In this document: one piece after another, positions 26,699 to 34,110 of the stretch | How positions within the stretch are numbered: the stretch's first letter is position 1 | How the letters are laid out: every line of letters starts with the position of its first letter | Assembly (NCBI GenBank): GCA_029239785.1 | Contig: JARBUG010000010.1 | Coordinates: 287 to 64,286, forward strand | DNA from: Symbiobacteriaceae bacterium | Lineage (GTDB): Bacteria > Bacillota > Sulfobacillia > Symbiobacteriales > Symbiobacteriaceae | Length of the DNA stretch: 64,000 nucleotides | Direction of reading: 5' to 3' | Program-made: the position numbers and the translations under genes | The notes under the pieces: generated by a model | What the model was told of the DNA's origin: nothing | The model's input: the letters and a program-made list of their open reading frames with translations, nothing else | Database searches by the model: none

Positions 26699-28369
26699 CT
26701 AATTGACCCGCAGCGCCCGAATCTGGCGGCTTAGCTCGACGAACTCGGCGTTCACCCGCTCCTTCTCCCCCTCGGGCGCCCGGGCCAGCTCATGCCCCAG
26801 GCAGGCCAGCCGCATTTCGAGCAAGATGCGCTGCGCCTGCCGATCCACGTCCCCCCCGCCCCGGGTGAACTCCTCGTACCCGCCCCCAAAGGCCGACAGC
26901 TTTCCGCCGTTCACGCTGATCACCCGGGTCGCCACCCGCCGCAGCAAATACCGGTCATGCGAAACCAACAGCAACGTGCCCGGGAAGGACTCCAGTGCCT
27001 CCTCCACCCGCTCGCGGGACGGCAAGTCCAGGCCGTTGGTCGGCTCATCGAGCACCAGCACGTCGGGCGCCGACAGCAGAATCTTCGCGAGCGCCAGCCG
27101 CACCCTCTCGCCGCCGCTCAGGACGGCGACCGGCTTCAGCACATCCTCACCCGAAAAGAGCAGGCACCCCAGAAGCGAGCGGGCATACGCCTGATCCATG
27201 GCCGAGTTGCCCGTGGCCTCGGTCAGCACGGAATTCGAAGGACCCAACGCCGAAAGCTCCTGCGCCAGATAGGCCACCCGCCGGGGCGAGCAGTAGAGCC
27301 GCCCCTCGGTAGGCGCCAGCTCCCCGAGCAGCAGTCGGAGCAGCGTCGTCTTGCCAGCGCCGTTCGGGCCGACGATCGCCACCTTCTCTCCGCGCTGCAC
27401 GTAGAAACCGGCGTGGCGGAAGAGCCAGCGGGCGCCGTCGTACGTGAAGCCCAGGTTCTCGGCCAGGACCAGATTCCGCCCACCGGCCTCGCCGCCGCCG
27501 TCAAGCCGCAGGTTAATCGATCGTGCCTCGCGCGGCCGATCAACCCGGAGCCGCTCAATTCGCTTCTCCATGTTCTTGACGCCCTTCCAGAGGTCGCGGG
27601 CAGCATCCTTGTTCATGCCGAGCTGCACCTTGCCTTCGGTACGGGGCGGCTTATCGTTATGCGCTTTCACCGCCCACTCCATCTGGCGGCGAATCGCCTC
27701 CTCCAGGCGTTTCTTCTCACGCACGTAGTTCCGGTACTCGCTTCTCGCCCGCTCCAGTTCCATCTGCTTTTGCCGGGCGTACGCCGAGTAATTGCCGGGA
27801 TACGCCCTGACCTGCCCCTGATCCATCTCTAAAATGCGGGTGGCAACCCGGTCCAGGAAGTAGCGGTCGTGGCTGACCACCAGTACCGTCCCCCGGTATG
27901 CGGAAAGGAGCGACTCCAGCCAGGCCAGACCGTCGGTGTCGAGGTGGTTGGTCGGTTCGTCGAGCAGGAGCAGATCGGCCCTTCCCGCCAGGGCCCGGGC
28001 CAGGGCGGCCCGGGTCTTCTGTCCGCCGCTCAGCCGCCCCGGCGTGCGGTTGAGCAGCGAACGGCTGATGCCGCACTTCGCCAGCAGCTCATCCGAAACA
28101 GCGCCCATCTGCTCGGCCAGCGGCACGTCGGGCGCCCAGGCACCGTCCTGGCTCAGGTAGGCCCGGGAAAGCCCGGGCGTCACCCAGGTCAAAGACCCGC
28201 CATCGGCGGTCATCTCGCCGGCGAGAATCTTCATGAACGTCGATTTGCCGCAGCCGTTGGCGCCGACGAGACCAACCCGCTCGCCACCGGCCAGGTGGAA
28301 CGTAACGCCGGTCAAGACCGGCATCCCCTGATACGCTTTGATCACTTGATTCGCTTGTAAGACCATCAT
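26699..28369 (-). CDS. ABC-F family ATPase (ribosome-protection/ARE-like)
   Basis: Two ABC cassettes (GANGCGKST/LSGGQKTR and GPNGAGKTT/LSGGERVR), a long charged inter-domain linker and no TMD. Confidence 0.9.
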   Translation of the reverse strand: MMVLQANQVIKAYQGMPVLTGVTFHLAGGERVGLVGANGCGKSTFMKILAGEMTADGGSLTWVTPGLSRAYLSQDGAWAPDVPLAEQMGAVSDELLAKCGISRSLLNRTPGRLSGGQKTRAALARALAGRADLLLLDEPTNHLDTDGLAWLESLLSAYRGTVLVVSHDRYFLDRVATRILEMDQGQVRAYPGNYSAYARQKQMELERARSEYRNYVREKKRLEEAIRRQMEWAVKAHNDKPPRTEGKVQLGMNKDAARDLWKGVKNMEKRIERLRVDRPREARSINLRLDGGGEAGGRNLVLAENLGFTYDGARWLFRHAGFYVQRGEKVAIVGPNGAGKTTLLRLLLGELAPTEGRLYCSPRRVAYLAQELSALGPSNSVLTEATGNSAMDQAYARSLLGCLLFSGEDVLKPVAVLSGGERVRLALAKILLSAPDVLVLDEPTNGLDLPSRERVEEALESFPGTLLLVSHDRYLLRRVATRVISVNGGKLSAFGGGYEEFTRGGGDVDRQAQRILLEMRLACLGHELARAPEGEKERVNAEFVELSRQIRALRVN

Positions 28370-28435
28370 AAAGGGCAGCAGCCTCCTCAGATTTCAAAAC
28401 GAGGTCGGCTGGCCCCGCCACCGGACGGGGGCACG

Positions 28436-28468
28436 CGAAAAGACCATGGGTCGGAATCCCCATGGTCT
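28436..28468 (-). terminator. Leader attenuator terminator of ABC-F gene 1
   Basis: AGACCAUGGGG-auuccg-ACCCAUGGUCU followed by UUUCG. The stem is conserved with 30441..30466. Confidence 0.6.
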
Positions 28469-28568
28469 GTCAGTGGCGTGCTTACAAATGCGCGCACCGC
28501 AGGCGGGACCGGCCTTTCTGGGGTGACGGGTACGCCAAAGAAACCGCGTACGGGTCACCGGTATCCAG

Positions 28569-28592
28569 TTAGAGCACGGTCGTCTTTTTCAT
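28569..28592 (-). CDS. 7-codon leader peptide MKKTTVL
   Basis: GGAGGU lies 9 nt before the ATG. Same length and position as the leader ORF of the paralog. Confidence 0.5.
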   Translation of the reverse strand: MKKTTVL

Positions 28593-28634
28593 TGCTGCGG
28601 TACCTCCGCCTTTGTGGCAACAATCTCTTTCATC

Positions 28635-28663
28635 ACTGTACGCAAATGGCCGGCTCCAGTCAA
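28635..28663 (-). promoter_or_regulatory. SigA-type promoter of ABC-F leader 1
   Basis: TTGACT, 17 nt spacer, TACAGT. Confidence 0.45.
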
Positions 28664-28686
28664 CCGGACGGAATGAGTTGATTCGT

Positions 28687-30387
28687 TCAATCCGATCGGC
28701 GGTTCTCTTTCAGTTGGCGCAGTTCACGGCTCACCGCGATGAACTCCTGGTCGAGCCGCTCCTTCTCCTCGGGCTTTGGCGCGATCAGCGCCGCCGACAA
28801 CTGGGCGAGGCGGTTCTCCAGCAGCAGCCGCCGCTCCTCGTCGGCCTGGCGGCCGGCATGCTGAGCGGCATCCGCCCGCCCGAGGAATGCTTCATACCCG
28901 CCGCTGAACGACGTGACCCGCGCGCCCTCCACATGCAGCACCTTCGAAGCCAGCTTCCGCAGCAAATACCGGTCGTGCGAGACCAGCAGCAGCGTGCCGG
29001 GGTAGCCTTCCAGCGCCTCTTCCACCCGCTCGCGGGACGCCAGGTCGAGGCCGTTGGTCGGCTCGTCGAGGACCAGCAGGTCGGGACCTGCCAGCAGAAT
29101 CTTCGCCAGCGTCAGCCGGATCTTCTCCCCGCCGCTAAGGACCGACACGGGCTTGAGCACCTGCTCCCGGGAAAAGAGCAGGCAGCCCAGCAGCGTGCGG
29201 ACGTAGGCCTGATCCATGGCCTTGTTGCCCCCCGTCACCTCGGTCAGGACGGTGTTTTCGGGGTTCAGGTGCTCCATCTCCTGGGCGAGATAGGCGACCC
29301 GCAGGGGCGAGCGGTAGAGCGTGCCTTCGGTCGGGGCCAGTTCGCCCAGAATCAGGCGGACCAGCGTCGACTTGCCGGAGCCGTTCGGCCCGATAATGGC
29401 CACCTTTTCGCCTCGCTGCACATAGAACCCGGCGTCACGGAAGATCCAGCGCTGGCCGTCATAGGTGAAGCCGAGGCGCTCGGCCAGGATCAGGTTGCGG
29501 GCGGCGCCGCCGGCATCATCCATGCGGATGTTGATCCGGGTCGCTTCCCGGGGCTTCTCGACCTTGATGCGCTCCAGGCGCTTCTCCATCGACTTGGCGA
29601 CCTGCATGTGCGCCTTGGCCAGGGCGCCCTGGTAGGGCCGCCAGTTGGGCGGCGCATCGTGCGGGGGCTTGAAGTTGACGTTAGCCTGCGCCCACGAAGT
29701 CTGGCGGCGAATCGCTTCTTCCAGGTGCTTCTTCTGCACCACGTACTGCCGGTACTCCTCCTGGGCCCGCTCCAGTTCCATCCGCTTCTGCTCGGCGTAG
29801 GCCGAGTAGTTGCCGGGGTACTCCTTCACCTTGCCGTTCTCCATCTCGATGATGCGGGTGGTGACACGGTCCAGGAAGTACCGGTCGTGGCTGACGACCA
29901 GCACGCTGCCCCGGTAGGAAGTGAGCAGTGACTCCAGCCAGGCCAGGCCCTCGGTGTCCAGGTGGTTGGTGGGCTCGTCGAGCAGGAGCACGTCCGGCGA
30001 GCGGTGGAGCGCACGGGCCAGGGCGGCCCGGGTCTTCTGGCCGCCGCTCAGGGCGCCGGGTTTGCGGGAGAGCATCTCCCGCGTGATGCCGCAGCGGGCG
30101 AGCAGGGCGTCGGGAATGGATTTGAGCTGCCGGCCCAGGGTCTGGCCCGGGTCGAAGGGCGCCTCCTGGCTCAGGTAGGCCCGGGAGAGGCCATCGGTCA
30201 CCCACCGGATGGACCCCGACCCGTGCGCCAGCTCGCCGGCGAGGATCTTCATGAGCGTTGATTTTCCGCACCCGTTGGTGCCCACGAGGCCGACCCGCTC
30301 ACCCCCGGCCACGTGAAACGTGACGCCGCCGAGCACGGGAGCGCCTTCATATTCCTTGATCAGATCACGTACTTGCAGAACCATCAT
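28687..30387 (-). CDS. ABC-F family ATPase (paralog, ARE-like)
   Basis: ATG 30387 (MMVLQVRDLIKEYEG). GTNGCGKST/LSGGQKTR and GPNGSGKST/LSGGEKIR. The track start at 30534 reads into the leader. Confidence 0.9.
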   Translation of the reverse strand: MMVLQVRDLIKEYEGAPVLGGVTFHVAGGERVGLVGTNGCGKSTLMKILAGELAHGSGSIRWVTDGLSRAYLSQEAPFDPGQTLGRQLKSIPDALLARCGITREMLSRKPGALSGGQKTRAALARALHRSPDVLLLDEPTNHLDTEGLAWLESLLTSYRGSVLVVSHDRYFLDRVTTRIIEMENGKVKEYPGNYSAYAEQKRMELERAQEEYRQYVVQKKHLEEAIRRQTSWAQANVNFKPPHDAPPNWRPYQGALAKAHMQVAKSMEKRLERIKVEKPREATRINIRMDDAGGAARNLILAERLGFTYDGQRWIFRDAGFYVQRGEKVAIIGPNGSGKSTLVRLILGELAPTEGTLYRSPLRVAYLAQEMEHLNPENTVLTEVTGGNKAMDQAYVRTLLGCLLFSREQVLKPVSVLSGGEKIRLTLAKILLAGPDLLVLDEPTNGLDLASRERVEEALEGYPGTLLLVSHDRYLLRKLASKVLHVEGARVTSFSGGYEAFLGRADAAQHAGRQADEERRLLLENRLAQLSAALIAPKPEEKERLDQEFIAVSRELRQLKENRRSD

Positions 30388-30435
30388 ACAGGGCAACGCC
30401 TCCGAGTTTGGGCTCTGCCCGCCTGCTTGACAGCA

Positions 30436-30466
30436 CAAAAAGACCATGGGCAAGTACCCATGGTCT
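30436..30466 (-). terminator. Leader attenuator terminator of ABC-F gene 2
   Basis: AGACCAUGGG-uacuug-CCCAUGGUCU followed by UUUUGUG. Confidence 0.65.
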
Positions 30467-30561
30467 GTTGGTTTGCGCGCTTGCAACCGTGCGCAACGCA
30501 GACGGGACCGGCCTAACTTGCGCGACGAACCCACTTCGGTAGGTGCCGTCGCCGTATACAG

Positions 30562-30585
30562 TTAGCGCGCGGTGTTGTTGATCAC
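30562..30585 (-). CDS. 7-codon leader peptide MINNTAR (GTG start)
   Basis: GGAGGU lies 8 nt before the GTG; 8 codons including the stop. Confidence 0.5.
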   Translation of the reverse strand: MINNTAR

Positions 30586-30608
30586 GTCTGCGTACCTCCG
30601 GCTTTGCC

Positions 30609-31253
30609 TCAAGATTTCACTTCATGATATGCCGCCGGGGCGTAGCCTGTCAACAGGGAGAGCGCCAGCACCAAGACCCAAAGCTCAAACCCGCCAATCG
30701 TCATCCGTTCGAAGATGCCGAAGTAGGGCGATTTCAGGGCCATGCCCGCCGTCGACATGCCGCCGGTGATGAAGACGAAGAGGGCGTTCCACACGGCGAA
30801 CCGGCGCAAATGCTGGAGCGGCAGGTAGCGCCGGGCGCCGGCCCCGGTCAGGAGCATCGTCAGGATGGTGAGAACGGCGGTGCCGAGGGCGAGGATCAGG
30901 TGAACGGTGCCGGCGGTGGTCGGGGCGCTGCCGATGGGGTCCTGCGGGAAGAAGTACATGAGCAGGCTCAGAATCGGTACGACGGTAAGCGCCAGGGCGG
31001 CCCCGACGAGGGTGCCGGGGCGGCGGGCGGCGGTGACCTCCCGGAGCAGGCCGGCGGCAAAGGCGAGGAGCAGGCAATTATAGAGGATGAAGCCGGGGTC
31101 GATCTTCCAGCGGAGCGGAGCGCCCGCCTCGACCAGTGAGCTGATGGCGTGGGCGACGTGGCTGTAGCCCGGGGTAATGGCGGCGCCATAGATGACGGTA
31201 ACGACGTAAGCGATGGGAGCCAGGATGCCGCAGGTCAGGTAAAGCTTGCGCAT
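30609..31253 (-). CDS. Polytopic membrane protein, DUF998-like
   Basis: 214 aa. AAAGGAGA RBS. The N-terminus ...AITPGYSHVAHAISSL resembles the DUF998 signature. Confidence 0.55.
   Translation of the reverse strand: MRKLYLTCGILAPIAYVVTVIYGAAITPGYSHVAHAISSLVEAGAPLRWKIDPGFILYNCLLLAFAAGLLREVTAARRPGTLVGAALALTVVPILSLLMYFFPQDPIGSAPTTAGTVHLILALGTAVLTILTMLLTGAGARRYLPLQHLRRFAVWNALFVFITGGMSTAGMALKSPYFGIFERMTIGGFELWVLVLALSLLTGYAPAAYHEVKS
30624..30653 (-). promoter_or_regulatory. SigA-type promoter of ABC-F leader 2
   Basis: TTGACA, 18 nt spacer, TATCAT, overlapping the 3' end of the upstream CDS. Confidence 0.45.
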
Positions 31254-31286
31254 GGTGATACGTCTCCTTTGATGTGGCGGCCCCGC

Positions 31287-31754
31287 TCAGCTCCGAGCGA
31301 ACCGCAGGCGAAGCTGCTGGGCCAGTGAAAGGTGGTGGGGCTTGGACAAGAGGTACTGCAGCGCCAGGGCGAGCACGGGGTTGGCGAGGGTGCTCATGCT
31401 GAACGGGCTGCTGCCCATGAGGAAGATGATGCCCATGATCAGGCCCACCTGGGTGCGGCGCCCACTTGCAAGGATGAGCAGGCCGACGGTGGTCTCGTAT
31501 GCGACAGCGATCACGCCGAAGAGGACCGGTGCGGCGCCAACGAGATCCGTGAAAATGGTGCGGTAGAACGGAATGAACGATCCGCTGCCCAGGCCTACGA
31601 AGGAAGGCGGGTCCATCAGTGTGATGGTGAAGTTGACGCCCCAGGCCATAAGCAGGAAGAAGATGCCGAGAAAGATGCGGCCGGCGTTGGGCTTCCAGAG
31701 TGCGAGTGCCAGGATGGTCGCGTAAACGAGCAGGGAGACGAGCAACTGTTCCAT
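31287..31754 (-). CDS. 4-TM membrane protein, unknown function
   Basis: 155 aa. A GGAGGA RBS is embedded in the end of the upstream gene. Confidence 0.6.
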   Translation of the reverse strand: MEQLLVSLLVYATILALALWKPNAGRIFLGIFFLLMAWGVNFTITLMDPPSFVGLGSGSFIPFYRTIFTDLVGAAPVLFGVIAVAYETTVGLLILASGRRTQVGLIMGIIFLMGSSPFSMSTLANPVLALALQYLLSKPHHLSLAQQLRLRFARS

Positions 31755-31760
31755 GGTGGG

Positions 31761-32168
31761 TTATCCTCCAATCAAATAGAGCGATCCGTCGGTCAGGCGA
31801 TAGATGGTGGAACCAAGGGCGGCGATCTCCGGGTCGGCGGTGGCGAGGATGACGGTTCGGGCCACCGGTACGCTTTGGGTCATGGCGTGGGTGGGTTCGT
31901 CAAGCAGCAGCAGATCGGGCTGCAGGTCGTTGGTGGTGAGGCCGGTGATCAGGCGGCCTTCGTAGTACAGGTCGCCGTGTGTGGGCGGCTCCTGAAGTCC
32001 CAGAATCCGGAGCAGGGTGCTCTTGCCGGCGCCCGGGGCGCCCAGAATGGTGATGAAGTCGCCGGCGTAGATGCGGAGGTCGATGTTGCGCAGTGCCCAG
32101 ACGGGGTCGGGGCCGTCGGGGCGGTGGACCTTTGCGATGCGGCAAGCCTGCATGAGCAGCTTCCGCAT
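31761..32168 (-). CDS. Internally deleted mini-ABC ATPase (Walker A and Walker B retained; Q-loop, signature and most of the H-loop region missing)
   Basis: GAPGAGKSTLLRILG and LLLLDEPT lie only ~35 aa apart. There is no LSGGQ. The start is uncertain (ATG 32168 or 32153; the track gives 32198). Confidence 0.55.
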   Translation of the reverse strand: MRKLLMQACRIAKVHRPDGPDPVWALRNIDLRIYAGDFITILGAPGAGKSTLLRILGLQEPPTHGDLYYEGRLITGLTTNDLQPDLLLLDEPTHAMTQSVPVARTVILATADPEIAALGSTIYRLTDGSLYLIGG

Positions 32169-32176
32169 GGGCGGTT

Positions 32177-32248
32177 TCACCGGGCTGCCGGCGCCCACCC
32201 GTAGATGGCGGCCGGCAGAGTGGCGAGGTTGCCGATGATTGCTTTCAT
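32177..32248 (-). CDS. 23-aa peptide ORF MKAIIGNLATLPAAIYGWAPAAR
   Basis: GGAGG lies 9 nt before the ATG. It is the first ORF after the repeat-containing promoter. Below the ORF-track cut-off. Confidence 0.4.
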   Translation of the reverse strand: MKAIIGNLATLPAAIYGWAPAAR

Positions 32249-32279
32249 GTGTTTGCGCCTCCGTGTGTGATCTGGGTTC

Positions 32280-32322
32280 AGATTAAGGGAGGGCGCTGAA
32301 CAAGTGCTGAAGGAGCGCTGAA
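32280..32322 (-). promoter_or_regulatory. Promoter with three direct TTCAGC(G/A)C repeats at 11-bp periodicity (SARP/OmpR-type activator site)
   Basis: Minus strand TTCAGCGC tcc TTCAGCAC ttg TTCAGCGC, starting at 32322, 32311 and 32300. The heptamer TTCAGCG ends 8 nt before TAATCT (32285..32280). Confidence 0.45.
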
Positions 32323-32357
32323 AAGAGAAAACCGCACCCATGTTCAGTGGGTGCGGT
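32320..32357 (-). terminator. Intrinsic terminator of the ABC-exporter operon
   Basis: ACCGCACCCA-cugaaca-UGGGUGCGGU followed by UUUCUCUUUUC. The stop codon lies in the loop. Confidence 0.75.
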
Positions 32358-34110
32358 CGCCCTCCAGGATGGCCCGGAACTCATCGGAAGCGGCCAGCAG
32401 CTGCGGGGCGGTACCGATCATCTCCACCCGCCCCTGGCTCATCAACAGAATCTGATCTGCCGCCTCCAGCACCGCCGGCCGGTGGGAGACCGCCAGGCAG
32501 GTTGTTTCTTTGCGCGCCCGCAGCCGCTCCCACAGTTTCTCCTCCGTCTCCTCATCCAGGGCACTGGAGAGATCATCAAAGACGAGCAGCTCCGGTTCCC
32601 GCACAAACATGCGGGCGGCGGCAGTTCGCTGCACCTGCCCGCCCGACAGCTTCACGCCCCGGGCGCCCACCTCGGTCTCCAGCCGTTTCTCCAGACCTGC
32701 CACATCCTGCTCCAGCACGGCGGCGTGCACGGCCCCGGCCAGATCAGCCTCCGCCTCGGGCAGCCCGAGCAGAATGTTCTCCTTCAGCGTGGCGCTGAAG
32801 AGCACAGGCACCTGCGGCGTGTAGCTGCTAATGGGCGGCTGGAAGAACGAACCCGGGTGGTCAACCACGCGGCCGTTCCAGTGCACCGCTCCACCCTGTG
32901 CGGGCAGCAGCCCCAGCAGCGCCCGCAGCAACGTGCTTTTCCCGGAGCCAACCCGGCCGGTGATCACCGTCAGCGTGCCGCGGGTGAGCGTGAACGTGGC
33001 CCCCCGGACGCCCCGCCCCGAGTCCGGGTACTCGTAGGTCAGGTCCTCCACCTCCAGCCGGTTCAGCCGCTCCTCCGGCTGAAGTGAGCGCCGGTGGCGC
33101 TCCGGCAGGGGAGTATCCAGATAGAGCGGGCTATGCGCCGCCAGGGCCACAGCCGGCGCATCCTCCAGCAACGCCTGCATCCGCCGTAAGGAGACACCCA
33201 TCTGCTTGTAACTGGCCAGCAGATCGCCTACGACGCCGGTAAACCCCGCCAGCCGCCCGACATAGGCCGCAAACAACGCAAAGTCGCCCACAGTAAAGGT
33301 GCCGGACCGCATCGATCCCGCCGCCAGCAACAGTACCAGGCCCGTGCCCAGGTTGGCGGTGTTCAGATAGACCGACCGGAGCAGCTCGGTGAACAGGCTG
33401 TCCTGCACGGCATGGGCCCGCCGCTGGTCTCCCAGACGGCGCAGGTGGCCGGCCACGTTCGCCTCGGCGCCGGCCAGCTTCAGCGCGGGCACCATGGTGA
33501 AAATCTCGCCGAGCATCCCCGTCACCCGGGCGGCGGCGGTCCGGCTCCGGTCGCGGTACCGGCCGATTCGCTGTCCCGCAGCCTTTGCCACAATCATCAC
33601 CCCGACGAGGGGCAGCACGGCCGCAACCGTCACAAACGCGTTGATATGTAGCATGAGCCCCAGCGTGACGCCTGCGCTCAAGGCCTCGGCGACGGCGCTG
33701 ATCACTGTGATCATCGAAGCGAACAGCGCTACGGCGTCGGCATCGTCGCGAAAGCGGCTGATCGCATCGCCGGTCGACCCGGGCAGGGCCCGGGCGCCGG
33801 GCCGGCGCAGGATCTGCTCCAGCATATTGGTAGTGAGCAGTGCGCTGACCGTAAAGCGCTGGAGCACACTGACGGGCACGCTGAGCCAGGTAACCAGCAG
33901 GCGCCCGCTCTGCACGGCGACGGGCAGCACGGCCAACAGCCAGAGGCTGTCTAGAGCCGGTGCGCTGCCCGACAGGGCATTGAAGAAGGACCGGGCCACC
34001 AGACCGAGCCCGGTCGGCGTCAGGGAGATCAGCACCCAACTGAGAAAGCAGGCGGCCACCAGCCAGGGCCGGTATGCCAGCAGGCGGAGCACAGTTCGCC
34101 ACGGTTTCAT
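32344..34110 (-). CDS. ABC exporter, fused TMD-NBD subunit
   Basis: 588 aa. GRVGSGKSTLL, LSGGQVQR and LLVFDDLSSALD, with an N-terminal 6-TM domain. Confidence 0.9.
   Translation of the reverse strand: MKPWRTVLRLLAYRPWLVAACFLSWVLISLTPTGLGLVARSFFNALSGSAPALDSLWLLAVLPVAVQSGRLLVTWLSVPVSVLQRFTVSALLTTNMLEQILRRPGARALPGSTGDAISRFRDDADAVALFASMITVISAVAEALSAGVTLGLMLHINAFVTVAAVLPLVGVMIVAKAAGQRIGRYRDRSRTAAARVTGMLGEIFTMVPALKLAGAEANVAGHLRRLGDQRRAHAVQDSLFTELLRSVYLNTANLGTGLVLLLAAGSMRSGTFTVGDFALFAAYVGRLAGFTGVVGDLLASYKQMGVSLRRMQALLEDAPAVALAAHSPLYLDTPLPERHRRSLQPEERLNRLEVEDLTYEYPDSGRGVRGATFTLTRGTLTVITGRVGSGKSTLLRALLGLLPAQGGAVHWNGRVVDHPGSFFQPPISSYTPQVPVLFSATLKENILLGLPEAEADLAGAVHAAVLEQDVAGLEKRLETEVGARGVKLSGGQVQRTAAARMFVREPELLVFDDLSSALDEETEEKLWERLRARKETTCLAVSHRPAVLEAADQILLMSQGRVEMIGTAPQLLAASDEFRAILEGDRTH

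Noticed and set aside
32198-32248. Treating the 23-codon ORF as merely the 5' end of the mini-ABC gene (track start at 32198).
   Set aside because: The two are in different frames. The small ORF ends at TGA 32177, while the ABC-like homology (..MQACRIAKV..) starts only around 32168. The GTG at 32198 has no RBS.
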